DNA from: a virus
Taxonomy: Duplodnaviria > Heunggongvirae > Uroviricota > Caudoviricetes
Virus record (IMG/VR): IMGVR_UViG_2795385694_000001
Length of the DNA: 64,000 bases
Direction: 5' to 3' (one strand)
Under the pieces are notes generated by a model that saw nothing but the letters and a program-made list of their open reading frames with translations, ran no database searches and was not told where the DNA came from. The translations under genes were made by a program, and so were the position numbers. Below are positions 1 through 8,822 of the stretch, one piece after another (within the stretch, counting starts at the first letter, position 1; each line of letters opens with the position of its first letter).

Positions 1-210
1 ATGGGAACATACGAATACGGGGCCAAGCTAGAGCAGAAATGTATAGAGCCAGGACACTGGCTCATTGAGGGGTACGACGTGTGGCGCGAAGATGCTTGGG
101 CATATTCCGATACCGTCTGGCATATCGAGCAGTTCGGTAAGCGCGTAGCCACCTGTATATCCCTAGCGGATGCCAGGGATTCAATTCGGAACCGTATCTT
201 CAACACCTAA
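1..210 (+). CDS. hypothetical protein (5' partial at window edge)
   Basis: ORF runs from the window start; coding-like codon usage; no recognisable domain. Confidence 0.3.
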   Translation: MGTYEYGAKLEQKCIEPGHWLIEGYDVWREDAWAYSDTVWHIEQFGKRVATCISLADARDSIRNRIFNT

Positions 211-235
211 CCCATACCAACTAAGGATAGAAACA

Positions 236-448
236 ATGGATTACTTATACATTCGCGCATGGGATCGCATGATGGGGTCTTACCCGTCATGGACAAAAGG
301 CCAACTATCCAAAGCTCGCAGGGAGTCCGCACCAATGCTTGCCATCTACCACAGAGACGGCAAGTGGATGACGGTCAACGACATTGATGTGGTGGAAACG
401 CTTAAGCGCCTGGCATACCACGCCGCCCTACTAACCCATACCAACTAA
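236..448 (+). CDS. hypothetical protein
   Basis: ATG at 236 preceded by AAGGATAGAAACA RBS; in frame with the 170..448 ORF. Confidence 0.4.
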   Translation: MDYLYIRAWDRMMGSYPSWTKGQLSKARRESAPMLAIYHRDGKWMTVNDIDVVETLKRLAYHAALLTHTN

Positions 449-547
449 TAGAGAGGCACGTGAACTCATTGCGTGACTCACAGAAGCAATTCTGTGGGTT
501 GCGTTGTGTGCTCACGACACACAATCCACACACGGAAGGGATTAGTA

Positions 548-1081
548 ATGGAGTTCACCGAAGTCTCCAATGAAGATGGTGTTGTCACTATCGAAGTTAC
601 GGGGCGTGGTTTTGACGCCAGGGGCACGGTAACTATTGGTACTGGCACATGGCCGCTATACAACATTCCTGATTGTGTAGCGCCTACTGTCGATGTCCGA
701 TTCGTCGGCACTGTGACCATCAACGGCAAGGACTACGAGCCTTGGCGCTGTAGTTCAATGTTCCACCCATACGCCCATGGTCAGAATGAACGTGAGGTGC
801 TCACCGACAAGGGCGTACAGGTACTGCCATACATGGCTAGCGCTGGCGGTTATCACCGAGAGCTGACTGACAGTGCACGAACCAAGCTGCGTGAGCTTGC
901 AACGGCGGTGGCCGATAAGTACCTGACAACCGAAGCATCCAAGGCGGCACTCATTAACGCGGCCATTTACAAGATAGCGGACGCTCGCATCGAGAAAGAA
1001 AAGGCCGAGGCCGCAGTACGGGACCGCGTGGCCGAACTAGACAGCGCGCGTGCATATCTCGCACAAATGGAACAACTCTAA
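548..1081 (+). CDS. hypothetical protein
   Basis: ATG 548 lies 7 nt after the conserved CACACGGAAGGGAT start-associated motif; the longer ORF from 473 is unlikely. Confidence 0.6.
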   Translation: MEFTEVSNEDGVVTIEVTGRGFDARGTVTIGTGTWPLYNIPDCVAPTVDVRFVGTVTINGKDYEPWRCSSMFHPYAHGQNEREVLTDKGVQVLPYMASAGGYHRELTDSARTKLRELATAVADKYLTTEASKAALINAAIYKIADARIEKEKAEAAVRDRVAELDSARAYLAQMEQL

Positions 1082-1170
1082 GCGTATTGCTCGCTTCAGT
1101 CGGGCACGGTCCAACCGTGTCCGGTTGTGGCAATCAATCACGGGATTGCCTACACACGGAAGGGATACGC

Positions 1171-1755
1171 ATGTCAAAGAATCGGAAGTCTGACAGCCTC
1201 TCAGTTGACGAGATGGCCGATCGCCTCTATTCGATCTGGCAGAGCGCAGAACCGTGGCAGCACGATTCAGGTACCAAGTGGTATGACGCCGCCCGGCAGT
1301 GGGTTATTGAGGCTGCGGAACGTCACAATGTCAGTAATGAGGTGGTGGCCGGTGTTATCGCGGCCTACTCACCACAGACCCGATGGGTGGACAACCTGCG
1401 GGACGCTGAGTACCACCTAGCCGGGTCACCTCTTCGCTCTGGAGTGATGGGGGCGAACGTTCGTCGTGCCGCTGCTGTCATTGAGCAGGGACTAGATGGG
1501 CTAGGAAACGGACCCAAGGTTAAAGCGTTCGCGCGCAACATCCTTGGAGATACCGACGCTGTCACTGTGGATGTATGGGCAGCACGTGCAGCGTTCGGCA
1601 CAATGGACAAATCCGTTGCAGCACAAACGATTGCGTGGGTTGGTGCCTATGACAAGGTGGCCGACGCATACCGCAAGGCCGCTGCCAATGCTGGTGTTCC
1701 TGCCTCTGTTATGCAGGCAACCGTTTGGGTAGCCATTAGAGGCAAAGCCGAATAG
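1171..1755 (+). CDS. hypothetical protein
   Basis: ATG 1171 directly after ACACACGGAAGGGATACGC; followed by a hairpin terminator. Confidence 0.6.
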   Translation: MSKNRKSDSLSVDEMADRLYSIWQSAEPWQHDSGTKWYDAARQWVIEAAERHNVSNEVVAGVIAAYSPQTRWVDNLRDAEYHLAGSPLRSGVMGANVRRAAAVIEQGLDGLGNGPKVKAFARNILGDTDAVTVDVWAARAAFGTMDKSVAAQTIAWVGAYDKVADAYRKAAANAGVPASVMQATVWVAIRGKAE

Positions 1756-1772
1756 TTCTAGATAGGCAGAGT

Positions 1773-1797
1773 GGGTCGCGAGTCTTTCTCGCGGCCC
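1773..1797 (+). terminator. hairpin terminator without a U-tract (I-shaped, mycobacterial style)
   Basis: GGGTCGCGAG-TCTTT-CTCGCGGCCC forms a 10-bp stem with one G.U pair, immediately after the 1755 stop. Confidence 0.45.
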
Positions 1798-1885
1798 GCT
1801 TGGTGTATCTAGCACCAAAACATCCTATGACCTGCATCGATTGGGTGCGTGGTCGGATGGTTTCACCACACGGAAGGGATACAAA

Positions 1886-2308
1886 ATGTCTACACGTTCA
1901 ATCCTCATGATTGCGACCGATACCGGTGACGCTGGTGTCTACGTACACAGTGACGGCTACCCGGACGGGGACTATGGCCGTCTTGCGGTGTACAGCAAGA
2001 TCATCGAACGCGATGGGGTAGATAAGTTCCGGGCCACCATCCTGGCCGGTGCCGAATTCGGTGGCTGGTCATCGATTTTCGGCGAAGAGAACCCGGACAA
2101 CTACCTTGGCGCTGACCGGGCCGAGTCTGTACCTGGTTACGGCGTGCGCTATCTAGACGCTGAAAAGTGGTTAATCCGCCCGGGTGACGATCTCTACGAC
2201 GCAGGCGCGGAGTACATCTACCACATCGCCAAAGACGGCACTATCACATGGGCCGAGGTGAATACCAGCGCGTACGGCGCGCTCACTTGGAATCGATTCT
2301 CAGCCTGA
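1886..2308 (+). CDS. hypothetical protein
   Basis: ATG 1886 follows CACACGGAAGGGATACAAA; 140 aa. Confidence 0.6.
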   Translation: MSTRSILMIATDTGDAGVYVHSDGYPDGDYGRLAVYSKIIERDGVDKFRATILAGAEFGGWSSIFGEENPDNYLGADRAESVPGYGVRYLDAEKWLIRPGDDLYDAGAEYIYHIAKDGTITWAEVNTSAYGALTWNRFSA

Positions 2309-2386
2309 ATAGGCAGCATGCACAGCGTGAACCACGTTGTGCGTGTGGTGTATTCAGCACCAACACACACGGAAGGGATACAAACC

Positions 2387-3436
2387 ATGCCTACAGAATG
2401 CCACCGTATCGACAACGCTAACGGCGTCTACATGTACGCCGATTCGCGCAAAGATGCATGGCACCAGCTTGGACAGCAAGTCGGTCGCACTATGACAGCT
2501 GAGGAGGTTCTCAGCGCGTCGCACCTAGCTGGTTGGGACGTACGGAAGATGCCTATCAGCATTCCGCAAGACCCAATCATCACAATAGATGGAGTTACTA
2601 CTCCACCTGCGATCATCGTGCCTGACAGGTATGCAACGGTACGAACCAACCCGATTACCAAGGAGATTGACTACCTCGGGATTGTGGGTGATCGCTACGA
2701 GCCGGTGCAGAACGAAGCATCATGTGATCTGTTGAACGCCATCGTAGATGAATCGGGTGCTCATTTCGAGACAGCCGGTGCACTCTATGACGGTCGCCAA
2801 ACATTCGTGACCATGAAACTGCCGAAGGTGATGGACATCGCTGGTGTCGACGGCAGAATTGACCGCACCGAGTGGTATCTAGCAGCACTCAACAGCCATG
2901 ATGGATCAAGTGCATTGCGGGTGATCCTGACTGGCGTTCGTATCGTCTGCGCCAACACGCAGCGGTGGGCACTGAAGGGTGCTCAGTCGTCATTCTCGGT
3001 GCGTCACACCAAGAATGCTAAGGCGAATATCGCGGAGGCACGTCGACTGCTGGGCATTACTTGGCAGTCTATTGGCACGATCGACGCTGAGTTCCGGCGC
3101 ATGGCTGAGGCTGAGATGTCGAACATCGAAGCTGAGGAGTTCGTTCGCAAGCTGCTCAAGGCTGACGATGTCGAGCCGGGTACCGCTGCGGCTACCCGCC
3201 GCGACAATGTGGCGAACGATATTTTCGACTTGTTCGTCTCGTCGGAAACCATTGCGCCGGTGCGTGGTACACGTTATGCGTTGTACAACGCATTTACTGA
3301 GTATCAGGACCACTACGCAGCTGTTCGCGGAGCTGGTGGCCGGGATGCGGATGCGCGCGCACTGCGCACCATTCGCGACGCCGAGAGTGAAACCTCACTC
3401 AAGGCGCGTGCGTTCCGTGGCCTACAGCTGGTCTAA
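2387..3436 (+). CDS. hypothetical protein, possibly DUF932/phage-plasmid-like family
   Basis: ATG 2387 after ACACACGGAAGGGATACAAACC; 349 aa; weak recollection of DUF932-type proteins only. Confidence 0.55.
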   Translation: MPTECHRIDNANGVYMYADSRKDAWHQLGQQVGRTMTAEEVLSASHLAGWDVRKMPISIPQDPIITIDGVTTPPAIIVPDRYATVRTNPITKEIDYLGIVGDRYEPVQNEASCDLLNAIVDESGAHFETAGALYDGRQTFVTMKLPKVMDIAGVDGRIDRTEWYLAALNSHDGSSALRVILTGVRIVCANTQRWALKGAQSSFSVRHTKNAKANIAEARRLLGITWQSIGTIDAEFRRMAEAEMSNIEAEEFVRKLLKADDVEPGTAAATRRDNVANDIFDLFVSSETIAPVRGTRYALYNAFTEYQDHYAAVRGAGGRDADARALRTIRDAESETSLKARAFRGLQLV

Positions 3437-3547
3437 CGGAAATGCATATTGATGCGGGATGGGTGGTCGCGTGGCTTATCTGCGCGGCCATCTACCTAGT
3501 CCAGTACGGGAGAGCTAAATAGGGAGGGTGGGACGCGAAGGGGTGCA

Positions 3548-3573
3548 AGCCTTTTCGCGGCCCGCCCGCTGTA
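3548..3573 (+). terminator. hairpin (terminator-like)
   Basis: CGCGAAGGGG-TGCAAG-CCTTTTCGCG forms a 10-bp stem including two G.U pairs, downstream of the 3436 stop. Confidence 0.35.
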
Positions 3574-3601
3574 TTTAGCAGCACACACGGAAGGGATACC
3601 A

Positions 3602-3844
3602 ATGACAACTATCGCGGCACGCCCGTTAAATGTGATCGCGGACGAGATTAAAAGGGATTGGATTAAACCGTTTTACGGCGCTGTCCCCTACTTGGATGCC
3701 ATGGCTGCGCTCGGTGATATCGATGAGCGTTACGGGTGTGACTCTGCCGAGTCCATCGTTCTAGGCTTCCTGGCCAACTCTGGCAGCTGGCGCGGTCAGG
3801 TGGCTCGCCGGATCAAGAAGGAACTGACAGACATCCTGGGCTGA
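3602..3844 (+). CDS. hypothetical protein
   Basis: ATG 3602 after ACACACGGAAGGGATACC. Confidence 0.55.
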   Translation: MTTIAARPLNVIADEIKRDWIKPFYGAVPYLDAMAALGDIDERYGCDSAESIVLGFLANSGSWRGQVARRIKKELTDILG

Positions 3845-3901
3845 ACAGGGAGCTGTCGTAGGTCTGCTGTATTCAGGCGGCAATACACGGAAGGGGTACG
3901 A

Positions 3902-4108
3902 ATGCATACATCCAGCATTCTGGGGACCAAGGGTGAGGGCGTCATGTGGCAGGGCCCTGGCCGACTGAAGTATGACGAGGCCTATAAGGAAGCCTCTGAC
4001 CACGCTCTTTACTGGTTTGGCCGGAAGAGCGGTGAGGTGTCTGTGGACGAAACTAAGATCATCCACAACGGGGTTCACGTTGCAAACATCCTGGTAGAGA
4101 GGATCTAG
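3902..4108 (+). CDS. hypothetical protein
   Basis: ATG 3902 after ATACACGGAAGGGGTACGA. Confidence 0.5.
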   Translation: MHTSSILGTKGEGVMWQGPGRLKYDEAYKEASDHALYWFGRKSGEVSVDETKIIHNGVHVANILVERI

Positions 4109-4111
4109 ACC

Positions 4112-4474
4112 ATGGTAAATCGCACTGAAGAGCGGGTGACATTCCTTGGGGACATCTTGGACGAGGGCATGGCAGCGGCTCGGTACTGGGCACACGAGCA
4201 GTCGTGGCACGTGCGAGATGACGGTACTAATGTCGTTGAATTCCTACCCGAGGGTGAGTCACCCGCAGCCACTGTTGACATTGACGTGGTTGCGCGAGGG
4301 CTGCGCCTTATCTGCGACGGCAAGGTTGAGTACTTCAACGCCGGATATGACGGTGCCACTCGCAGTCGCATCGCGGCGTACAACCGAACTAACGGGGATG
4401 AGGCTGACGCGGACGCAATCGACTACGACTGCATCATTCAAGCAGGTTTGTTCGGTGAGATTGTCTATAGCTAA
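4112..4474 (+). CDS. hypothetical protein
   Basis: ATG 4 nt after the upstream stop; GAGAGGA RBS. Confidence 0.5.
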   Translation: MVNRTEERVTFLGDILDEGMAAARYWAHEQSWHVRDDGTNVVEFLPEGESPAATVDIDVVARGLRLICDGKVEYFNAGYDGATRSRIAAYNRTNGDEADADAIDYDCIIQAGLFGEIVYS

Positions 4475-4512
4475 TGAGCCTGAGTAGGCAGTTTAATACG
4501 GTTGGGGAGTCA

Positions 4513-4731
4513 ATGATCATCCCCGCTATCCTCATCGCAGGTAGCGTAATACTCACTCCCCCAACAGCTCCCGACTGTGCACGATACGATGTGTGCAAGT
4601 ATCAGCCGGGATATAACGGGCCCCTCATGCCCACCTGGAACACTCCAGGAACGTATGGGGGCTGGACAACCAATCAAGTCTTGTGCGACCCGGTCACGTA
4701 CCAGTGTCGGCAAGTAGTACCAGGGAGTTGA
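4513..4731 (+). CDS. small secreted or membrane protein (N-terminal hydrophobic segment, 4 Cys)
   Basis: ATG 4513 with GGGGAG RBS; MIIPAILIAGSVILTPP signal-like N-terminus. Confidence 0.4.
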   Translation: MIIPAILIAGSVILTPPTAPDCARYDVCKYQPGYNGPLMPTWNTPGTYGGWTTNQVLCDPVTYQCRQVVPGS

Positions 4732-4733
4732 CC

Positions 4734-4823
4734 ATGACTCGGTATTGCATCACCTGTGAGCGTGAACGGGAAATGAGAGTCGAGAACGGCGAACAGTACT
4801 GCTCGGTAGGGCACCGGCAATGA
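4734..4823 (+). CDS. 29-aa CxxC...C zinc-ribbon-like peptide
   Basis: ATG 4734; its TGA overlaps the ATG of the next gene (ATGA); below the ORF-track size cutoff. Confidence 0.25.
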   Translation: MTRYCITCEREREMRVENGEQYCSVGHRQ

Positions 4824-5011
4824 CTGACATCAATGCAGTAATAGAACGGCTAGAGAGGGCCGACAAAGAGTTACAGGGGCTAGTTGCAATACAGGAAGAC
4901 CGGGTTCGTCACGGTCGGGGTGGTGCGCTAGAGGAACGAACTCGACTCGCCGGAAAAGTCGAAGGCGTACGTCTAGCTCTCTCATACCTAAGGGAAGAGG
5001 CAGAGGGATGA
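4820..5011 (+). CDS. hypothetical protein
   Basis: ATGA overlap with the upstream peptide; coiled-coil-like. Confidence 0.45.
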   Translation: MTDINAVIERLERADKELQGLVAIQEDRVRHGRGGALEERTRLAGKVEGVRLALSYLREEAEG

Positions 5012-5199
5012 AGGAATGGCGCGTTGTCCCGCGCACAGACAGACTGGGCAACCAACTCTGGTCACTGCAATACGACGTTATCTACCCATTGCCGGAACCG
5101 AAACGATACAACTTATGGCGAGAGGACCGCGTATTCCGAAATGCAGGGCGTGCACTCGCTGATCTAGCCTACCTACAGCAACACAAGGAGGGTCATTGA
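5008..5199 (+). CDS. hypothetical protein
   Basis: ATGA overlap with the upstream gene. Confidence 0.45.
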   Translation: MKEWRVVPRTDRLGNQLWSLQYDVIYPLPEPKRYNLWREDRVFRNAGRALADLAYLQQHKEGH

Positions 5200-5411
5200 C
5201 ACAGCAATACCGCGTTTCACTGAAGATGGATGACGGATTCACGAATGAAGCTGAGGGGGAGGATCTTCCGCAGCTCGTCACCACCACCAACGCACTCGCG
5301 GCGGGACATGGCGGCGAAGACGTTCACGACTACTTAGACGAGAACGGATCAATCATCTATACACGCAAGGGTAAGACAATCGGACGGGCTGACGTAACGC
5401 CAGTCATCTAA
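5196..5411 (+). CDS. hypothetical protein (TTG start)
   Basis: TTG start 5 nt after an AAGGAGGG RBS; overlaps the upstream stop. Confidence 0.4.
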   Translation: MTQQYRVSLKMDDGFTNEAEGEDLPQLVTTTNALAAGHGGEDVHDYLDENGSIIYTRKGKTIGRADVTPVI

Positions 5412-5479
5412 CACATCTGAATACGGAGGAGCCGCAGCGGGAGTCATTCTCGTTGCGGCTCTGCTGTTTTCAGCACACA

Positions 5480-5511
5480 GGGCATGGGACTCACGAACCC
5501 ATGCCCTTTTT
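5480..5511 (+). terminator. rho-independent terminator
   Basis: GGGCATGGG-ACTCACGAA-CCCATGCCC is a perfect 9-bp stem followed by TTTTT. Confidence 0.6.
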
Positions 5512-5534
5512 CTATGCCCAGAGGAAGGGAACGC

Positions 5535-6002
5535 ATGTTATTGGAAGGTTGGACATCAACGCCGGTTGAATACGAACGCCTCACTCGCGCTGAGGTAGTC
5601 GAGCACGAGCGCTACTGGGCCGAGATGGTTCTCAAGGCGCGAAGCCTACGGCGCAAGTATGACCGTGCGGTATGGCTGAAGGACATAAAACGGGCTGAGA
5701 GCCTCGCAGAGGCCCTGAAATCCCTTGGCCCATCCATGTTGTATGCCCACGGACGTTGGGAGCGTCACGGGCGCTGGAACCGGTACTACCAAGTACGTGG
5801 TGGTGCTGTACACACCACGCTGACATGCCGGTGCATCAACGGGGAGACGGTACTGAACCCGCTCCCCCAATTCGCCGGTAGGTCAAGGAAGTTCATCGCA
5901 GATCGATACAAGCTGTGCCGACACTGCGGGGACACCCACACGGGCGACATTCCTGCTGATCGAGCCTATCGATCGTTCAAAGCCTACCTGCTCATTACCT
6001 AA
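5535..6002 (+). CDS. hypothetical Cys-rich protein (CRC...CRHCGDTH)
   Basis: ATG 5535 after GAGGAAGGGAACGC; the upstream ATG at 5484 lies inside the terminator hairpin. Confidence 0.5.
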   Translation: MLLEGWTSTPVEYERLTRAEVVEHERYWAEMVLKARSLRRKYDRAVWLKDIKRAESLAEALKSLGPSMLYAHGRWERHGRWNRYYQVRGGAVHTTLTCRCINGETVLNPLPQFAGRSRKFIADRYKLCRHCGDTHTGDIPADRAYRSFKAYLLIT

Positions 6003-6071
6003 AGCGCGGTCTGACCTGCATTAAGTGGGTCGGGTTTACGTTCTGAATACACGAAGGAAGGGATACCCAAA

Positions 6072-6152
6072 ATGTTCGAAGAGGAAGAGATAGATTACGG
6101 CCCCGAGTGGTGGGGTGACTACCTCCAGGAGTCAGGGAGGTTGGCCCAGTGA
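6072..6152 (+). CDS. 26-aa acidic peptide
   Basis: ATG after ACACGAAGGAAGGGATACCCAAA; its stop overlaps the GTG of the next gene (GTGA). Confidence 0.25.
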   Translation: MFEEEEIDYGPEWWGDYLQESGRLAQ

Positions 6153-6343
6153 AGTGCTCAATCAGCTACTGCTGGGAGGACTCCGTGTCCAAAGAGATGT
6201 GCGCACACCACTACCAGCAGAACTACAAGCGGGACACGCGAGGCGATCGACGCAACCGGTCACGGCTCGCTAAGCGCTTGGAGGCTAAGGGTTTCAAGGT
6301 CTCTCAGGAGTACCTGGAGCAGCGATTGGCTGGCCTACGGTGA
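6149..6343 (+). CDS. hypothetical Cys/His-containing protein
   Basis: GTG start overlapping the upstream stop. Confidence 0.45.
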   Translation: MKCSISYCWEDSVSKEMCAHHYQQNYKRDTRGDRRNRSRLAKRLEAKGFKVSQEYLEQRLAGLR

Positions 6344-6615
6344 GCGCGCCAGTCACTCGGGATATGCGCTACTGGTACGAGCTTGGTAGACACACGCTAC
6401 TTCCCGGGACAGAGGTGTCCATTAAGGGCAAGACTGGCCGGTTCCGGTTCCAGTACTGGCGACACACCAGCTCTGGCATGGATGAACTCACGTTCGTCGG
6501 TGGGCCGCTACATGGACAGGGTGAGCGTTACGTCTCGGTCTACCCCGAGCGCGTTACACGGGTACATCGAATCAACAAGACATTGACCAACATTCAGAAG
6601 GAGAAGCGCAAGTGA
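6340..6615 (+). CDS. hypothetical protein
   Basis: GTGA overlap with the upstream gene. Confidence 0.45.
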   Translation: MSAPVTRDMRYWYELGRHTLLPGTEVSIKGKTGRFRFQYWRHTSSGMDELTFVGGPLHGQGERYVSVYPERVTRVHRINKTLTNIQKEKRK

Positions 6616-6785
6616 GCGCCACGGTGCTGGAGGCGCGATGGCTCACGAAAGGCCACTACCTGCCCGAATATGAGGAAGCGGTGACCGAGGTGGTTCAACT
6701 GGAGGACTTTGTCCTCGTGACATTCGCCAACGACCAGCCAGTGAAGGTCTTCCACGAAACTGACAAGGTCGAGGTGTGGGAATGA
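6612..6785 (+). CDS. hypothetical protein (57 aa, GTG start)
   Basis: GTGA overlap upstream and ATGA overlap downstream; GC3-rich; below the track cutoff. Confidence 0.35.
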   Translation: MSATVLEARWLTKGHYLPEYEEAVTEVVQLEDFVLVTFANDQPVKVFHETDKVEVWE

Positions 6786-6976
6786 GGTACTGCCCCACTC
6801 CCGACAAGAAGTCATATGTCAACAAAGGTGTAGCACTCCGAGCGGTTACCAGGATCCGCAAGAACAGTAGGACAAGGCACAACAAGAAGCGCTACATACC
6901 GGTGGAGCCGTACATCTGCACATGCGGCGAATACCACCTCTGCACTGCCGACAAAGCGAAGTTCAAACGCAAGTAG
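6782..6976 (+). CDS. hypothetical zinc-ribbon protein (YCP...CTCGEYHLC)
   Basis: ATG 6782 overlapping the upstream stop; last gene of a translationally coupled operon. Confidence 0.45.
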   Translation: MRYCPTPDKKSYVNKGVALRAVTRIRKNSRTRHNKKRYIPVEPYICTCGEYHLCTADKAKFKRK

Positions 6977-6982
6977 AGAAGA

Positions 6983-7015
6983 GGGTCAGCCCACATGGGT
7001 TGGCCCTTTTCTTTT
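6983..7015 (+). terminator. rho-independent terminator
   Basis: GGGTCAGCCC-ACAT-GGGTTGGCCC is a 10-bp stem followed by TTTTCTTTT. Confidence 0.6.
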
Positions 7016-7080
7016 ACCCAGATCGTTAGCAGACCTAACCAAATACCCACCCAATCATTCAGTCTCCTGCGGTATCATCT
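6984..7080 (+). other. candidate attP region (not resolved)
   Basis: Intergenic stretch immediately 5' of the serine integrase, where serine-integrase attP sites commonly sit; no core was identified. Confidence 0.2.
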
Positions 7081-8481
7081 GTGACTATGCGAGCTGCCGT
7101 CTACCTGCGCCAATCAATGGATAGAGAAGGTGATGGTCTAGCCGTCGAACGTCAGCGCGAAGACTGCCTGAGGATCTGCCGTGAGCGCGGCTGGGAACCC
7201 ACTCAGTACGTCGACAACGACACTAGCGCCAGCAAGGGCCGTCGACCGTCGTATGAGCGCATGCTCGCTGATATACGCAGTGGACGCATCGACGCCGTAG
7301 TGGTGTGGGATCTTGACCGCCTGCATCGCCAGCCCAAAGAGCTCGAGCAGTTCATTGAGTTGGCCGACGAGAAGCGGCTAGCCCTAGCCACTGTAGGCGG
7401 GGATGCCGATCTCTCCACCGATAACGGTCGGCTGTTCGCGCGCATCAAAGGCGCGGTGGCCAGGGCTGAGGTGGAGCGGAAGTCGGCAAGGCAGAAGCGC
7501 GCATTTCTCCAGATGGCCCAATCTGGTAAAGGCTGGGGCCCCCGCGCATTCGGATACAACGGTGACCATGACAAGCCGAAGATTGTCCTCAAGGAAGCTG
7601 AGGCCCTGAGGCGTGGCTACAAGATGCTCCTGTCGGGCGAAACCCTCTATTCAGTTGCAAAACACTGGAATGACGCTGGTCTGAAGACTCCCCGAGGGAA
7701 CCTGTTCAACGGAACCACGGTGCGCCGGATTCTTCAGAACCCACGCTACGCAGCTGTCCGCACCTACCACGATGAAGTCGTGGGCGAGGGTAAGTGGCCT
7801 GCGATCATTGACGAGACCACCTGGCAGGCTGTGAATGCCCTCCTTAGCGACCCATCACGCCATCAGCCGCGCCAGGTTCGTAAGTACGTCCTCGGCGGCC
7901 TACTCACCTGCAGCGAGTGTGGCCACAAGATGTCTGTGGGCGTACAGCACCGGAAAGAGGGGAATGTCCCCATCTACCGGTGCAAGCACGTCAGCTGCGG
8001 CAAGGTCACCCGACGTGTTGAGCGTATGGATGAATGGGTGAGGGAGATTGTCCTGCGCAGAATGTCGAGTCGGCATTGGGTTCCCGGCAATCAGGACAAC
8101 CGGGAAAGAGCCCTCCAGCTGCGTGAGGAGCTAGACACAATCAAGCAGCGAATGAGATCCCTCGCAATTGATTTCGCTGACGGAGAACTCACCGCAAGCC
8201 AGATGCGTATCGCTAATGAGCGCATGCGGGCGAAGCTTGATGACGTTGAGGACAAGCTGCGTCGAACCAATGTGCGCCCGATCCCCGATGGGATTCTCAC
8301 CGCGAATGACCGTGGCAAGTTTTACGACGACGAGATGTCTCTGGATGCGAAACGAGCCCTCATCGAGGCCTTATGCAACTCGATTGTCGTGCATCCCCTC
8401 AACCTCAAGGGCCGCAGTGCTTCCCAGGCTCCGCTCGGGCATAACATCGACGTCCACTGGCACAAGCCCAGTAATGGCTGA
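7081..8481 (+). CDS. int: large serine recombinase (serine integrase)
   Basis: N-terminal resolvase domain MRAAVYLRQS...VVVWDLDRLHR; zinc-ribbon CSECGHKM...CKHVSCGK; C-terminal coiled coil; 466 aa; the start may instead be ATG 7087. Confidence 0.9.
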   Translation: MTMRAAVYLRQSMDREGDGLAVERQREDCLRICRERGWEPTQYVDNDTSASKGRRPSYERMLADIRSGRIDAVVVWDLDRLHRQPKELEQFIELADEKRLALATVGGDADLSTDNGRLFARIKGAVARAEVERKSARQKRAFLQMAQSGKGWGPRAFGYNGDHDKPKIVLKEAEALRRGYKMLLSGETLYSVAKHWNDAGLKTPRGNLFNGTTVRRILQNPRYAAVRTYHDEVVGEGKWPAIIDETTWQAVNALLSDPSRHQPRQVRKYVLGGLLTCSECGHKMSVGVQHRKEGNVPIYRCKHVSCGKVTRRVERMDEWVREIVLRRMSSRHWVPGNQDNRERALQLREELDTIKQRMRSLAIDFADGELTASQMRIANERMRAKLDDVEDKLRRTNVRPIPDGILTANDRGKFYDDEMSLDAKRALIEALCNSIVVHPLNLKGRSASQAPLGHNIDVHWHKPSNG

Positions 8482-8568
8482 GATCCGCGACAGCTGCGAC
8501 TGAGTGAGTGGCGGCGCATCGCCCAGGATCCTGGCAAAGATCGCCTCGTCTTCGTCTGACCATTTCAT
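8371..8568 (-). CDS. hypothetical protein
   Basis: ATGA-coupled to the upstream gene; its 3' end overlaps the int 3' end by ~110 bp, so the true extent is uncertain. Confidence 0.3.
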   Translation of the reverse strand: MKWSDEDEAIFARILGDAPPLTQSQLSRISAITGLVPVDVDVMPERSLGSTAALEVEGMHDNRVA

Positions 8569-8822
8569 CGGGGTAGTGCCCCATCCACTCGCTTCATGAC
8601 TTCAGCGACGAGCGCCCATGACCCATCCGAATATCGGTGGTGCAGTGTGCCTGACGCGCTGGCCTTCGGGATCTTCGTACCGTCAAGTAGTGTTGCCTCG
8701 CGCTGCTCCGCTTCCCATCGGTAGACGTATGCACTACCACGGTCAGGGCTGAACATCTCCTGGCGAGTGATAAACACTTCACCAATCACTTTGTTGTTAA
8801 CCATAATTGGAATGATCAGCAT
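8565..8822 (-). CDS. hypothetical protein
   Basis: ORF track; coding-like composition. Confidence 0.45.
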   Translation of the reverse strand: MLIIPIMVNNKVIGEVFITRQEMFSPDRGSAYVYRWEAEQREATLLDGTKIPKASASGTLHHRYSDGSWALVAEVMKRVDGALPR

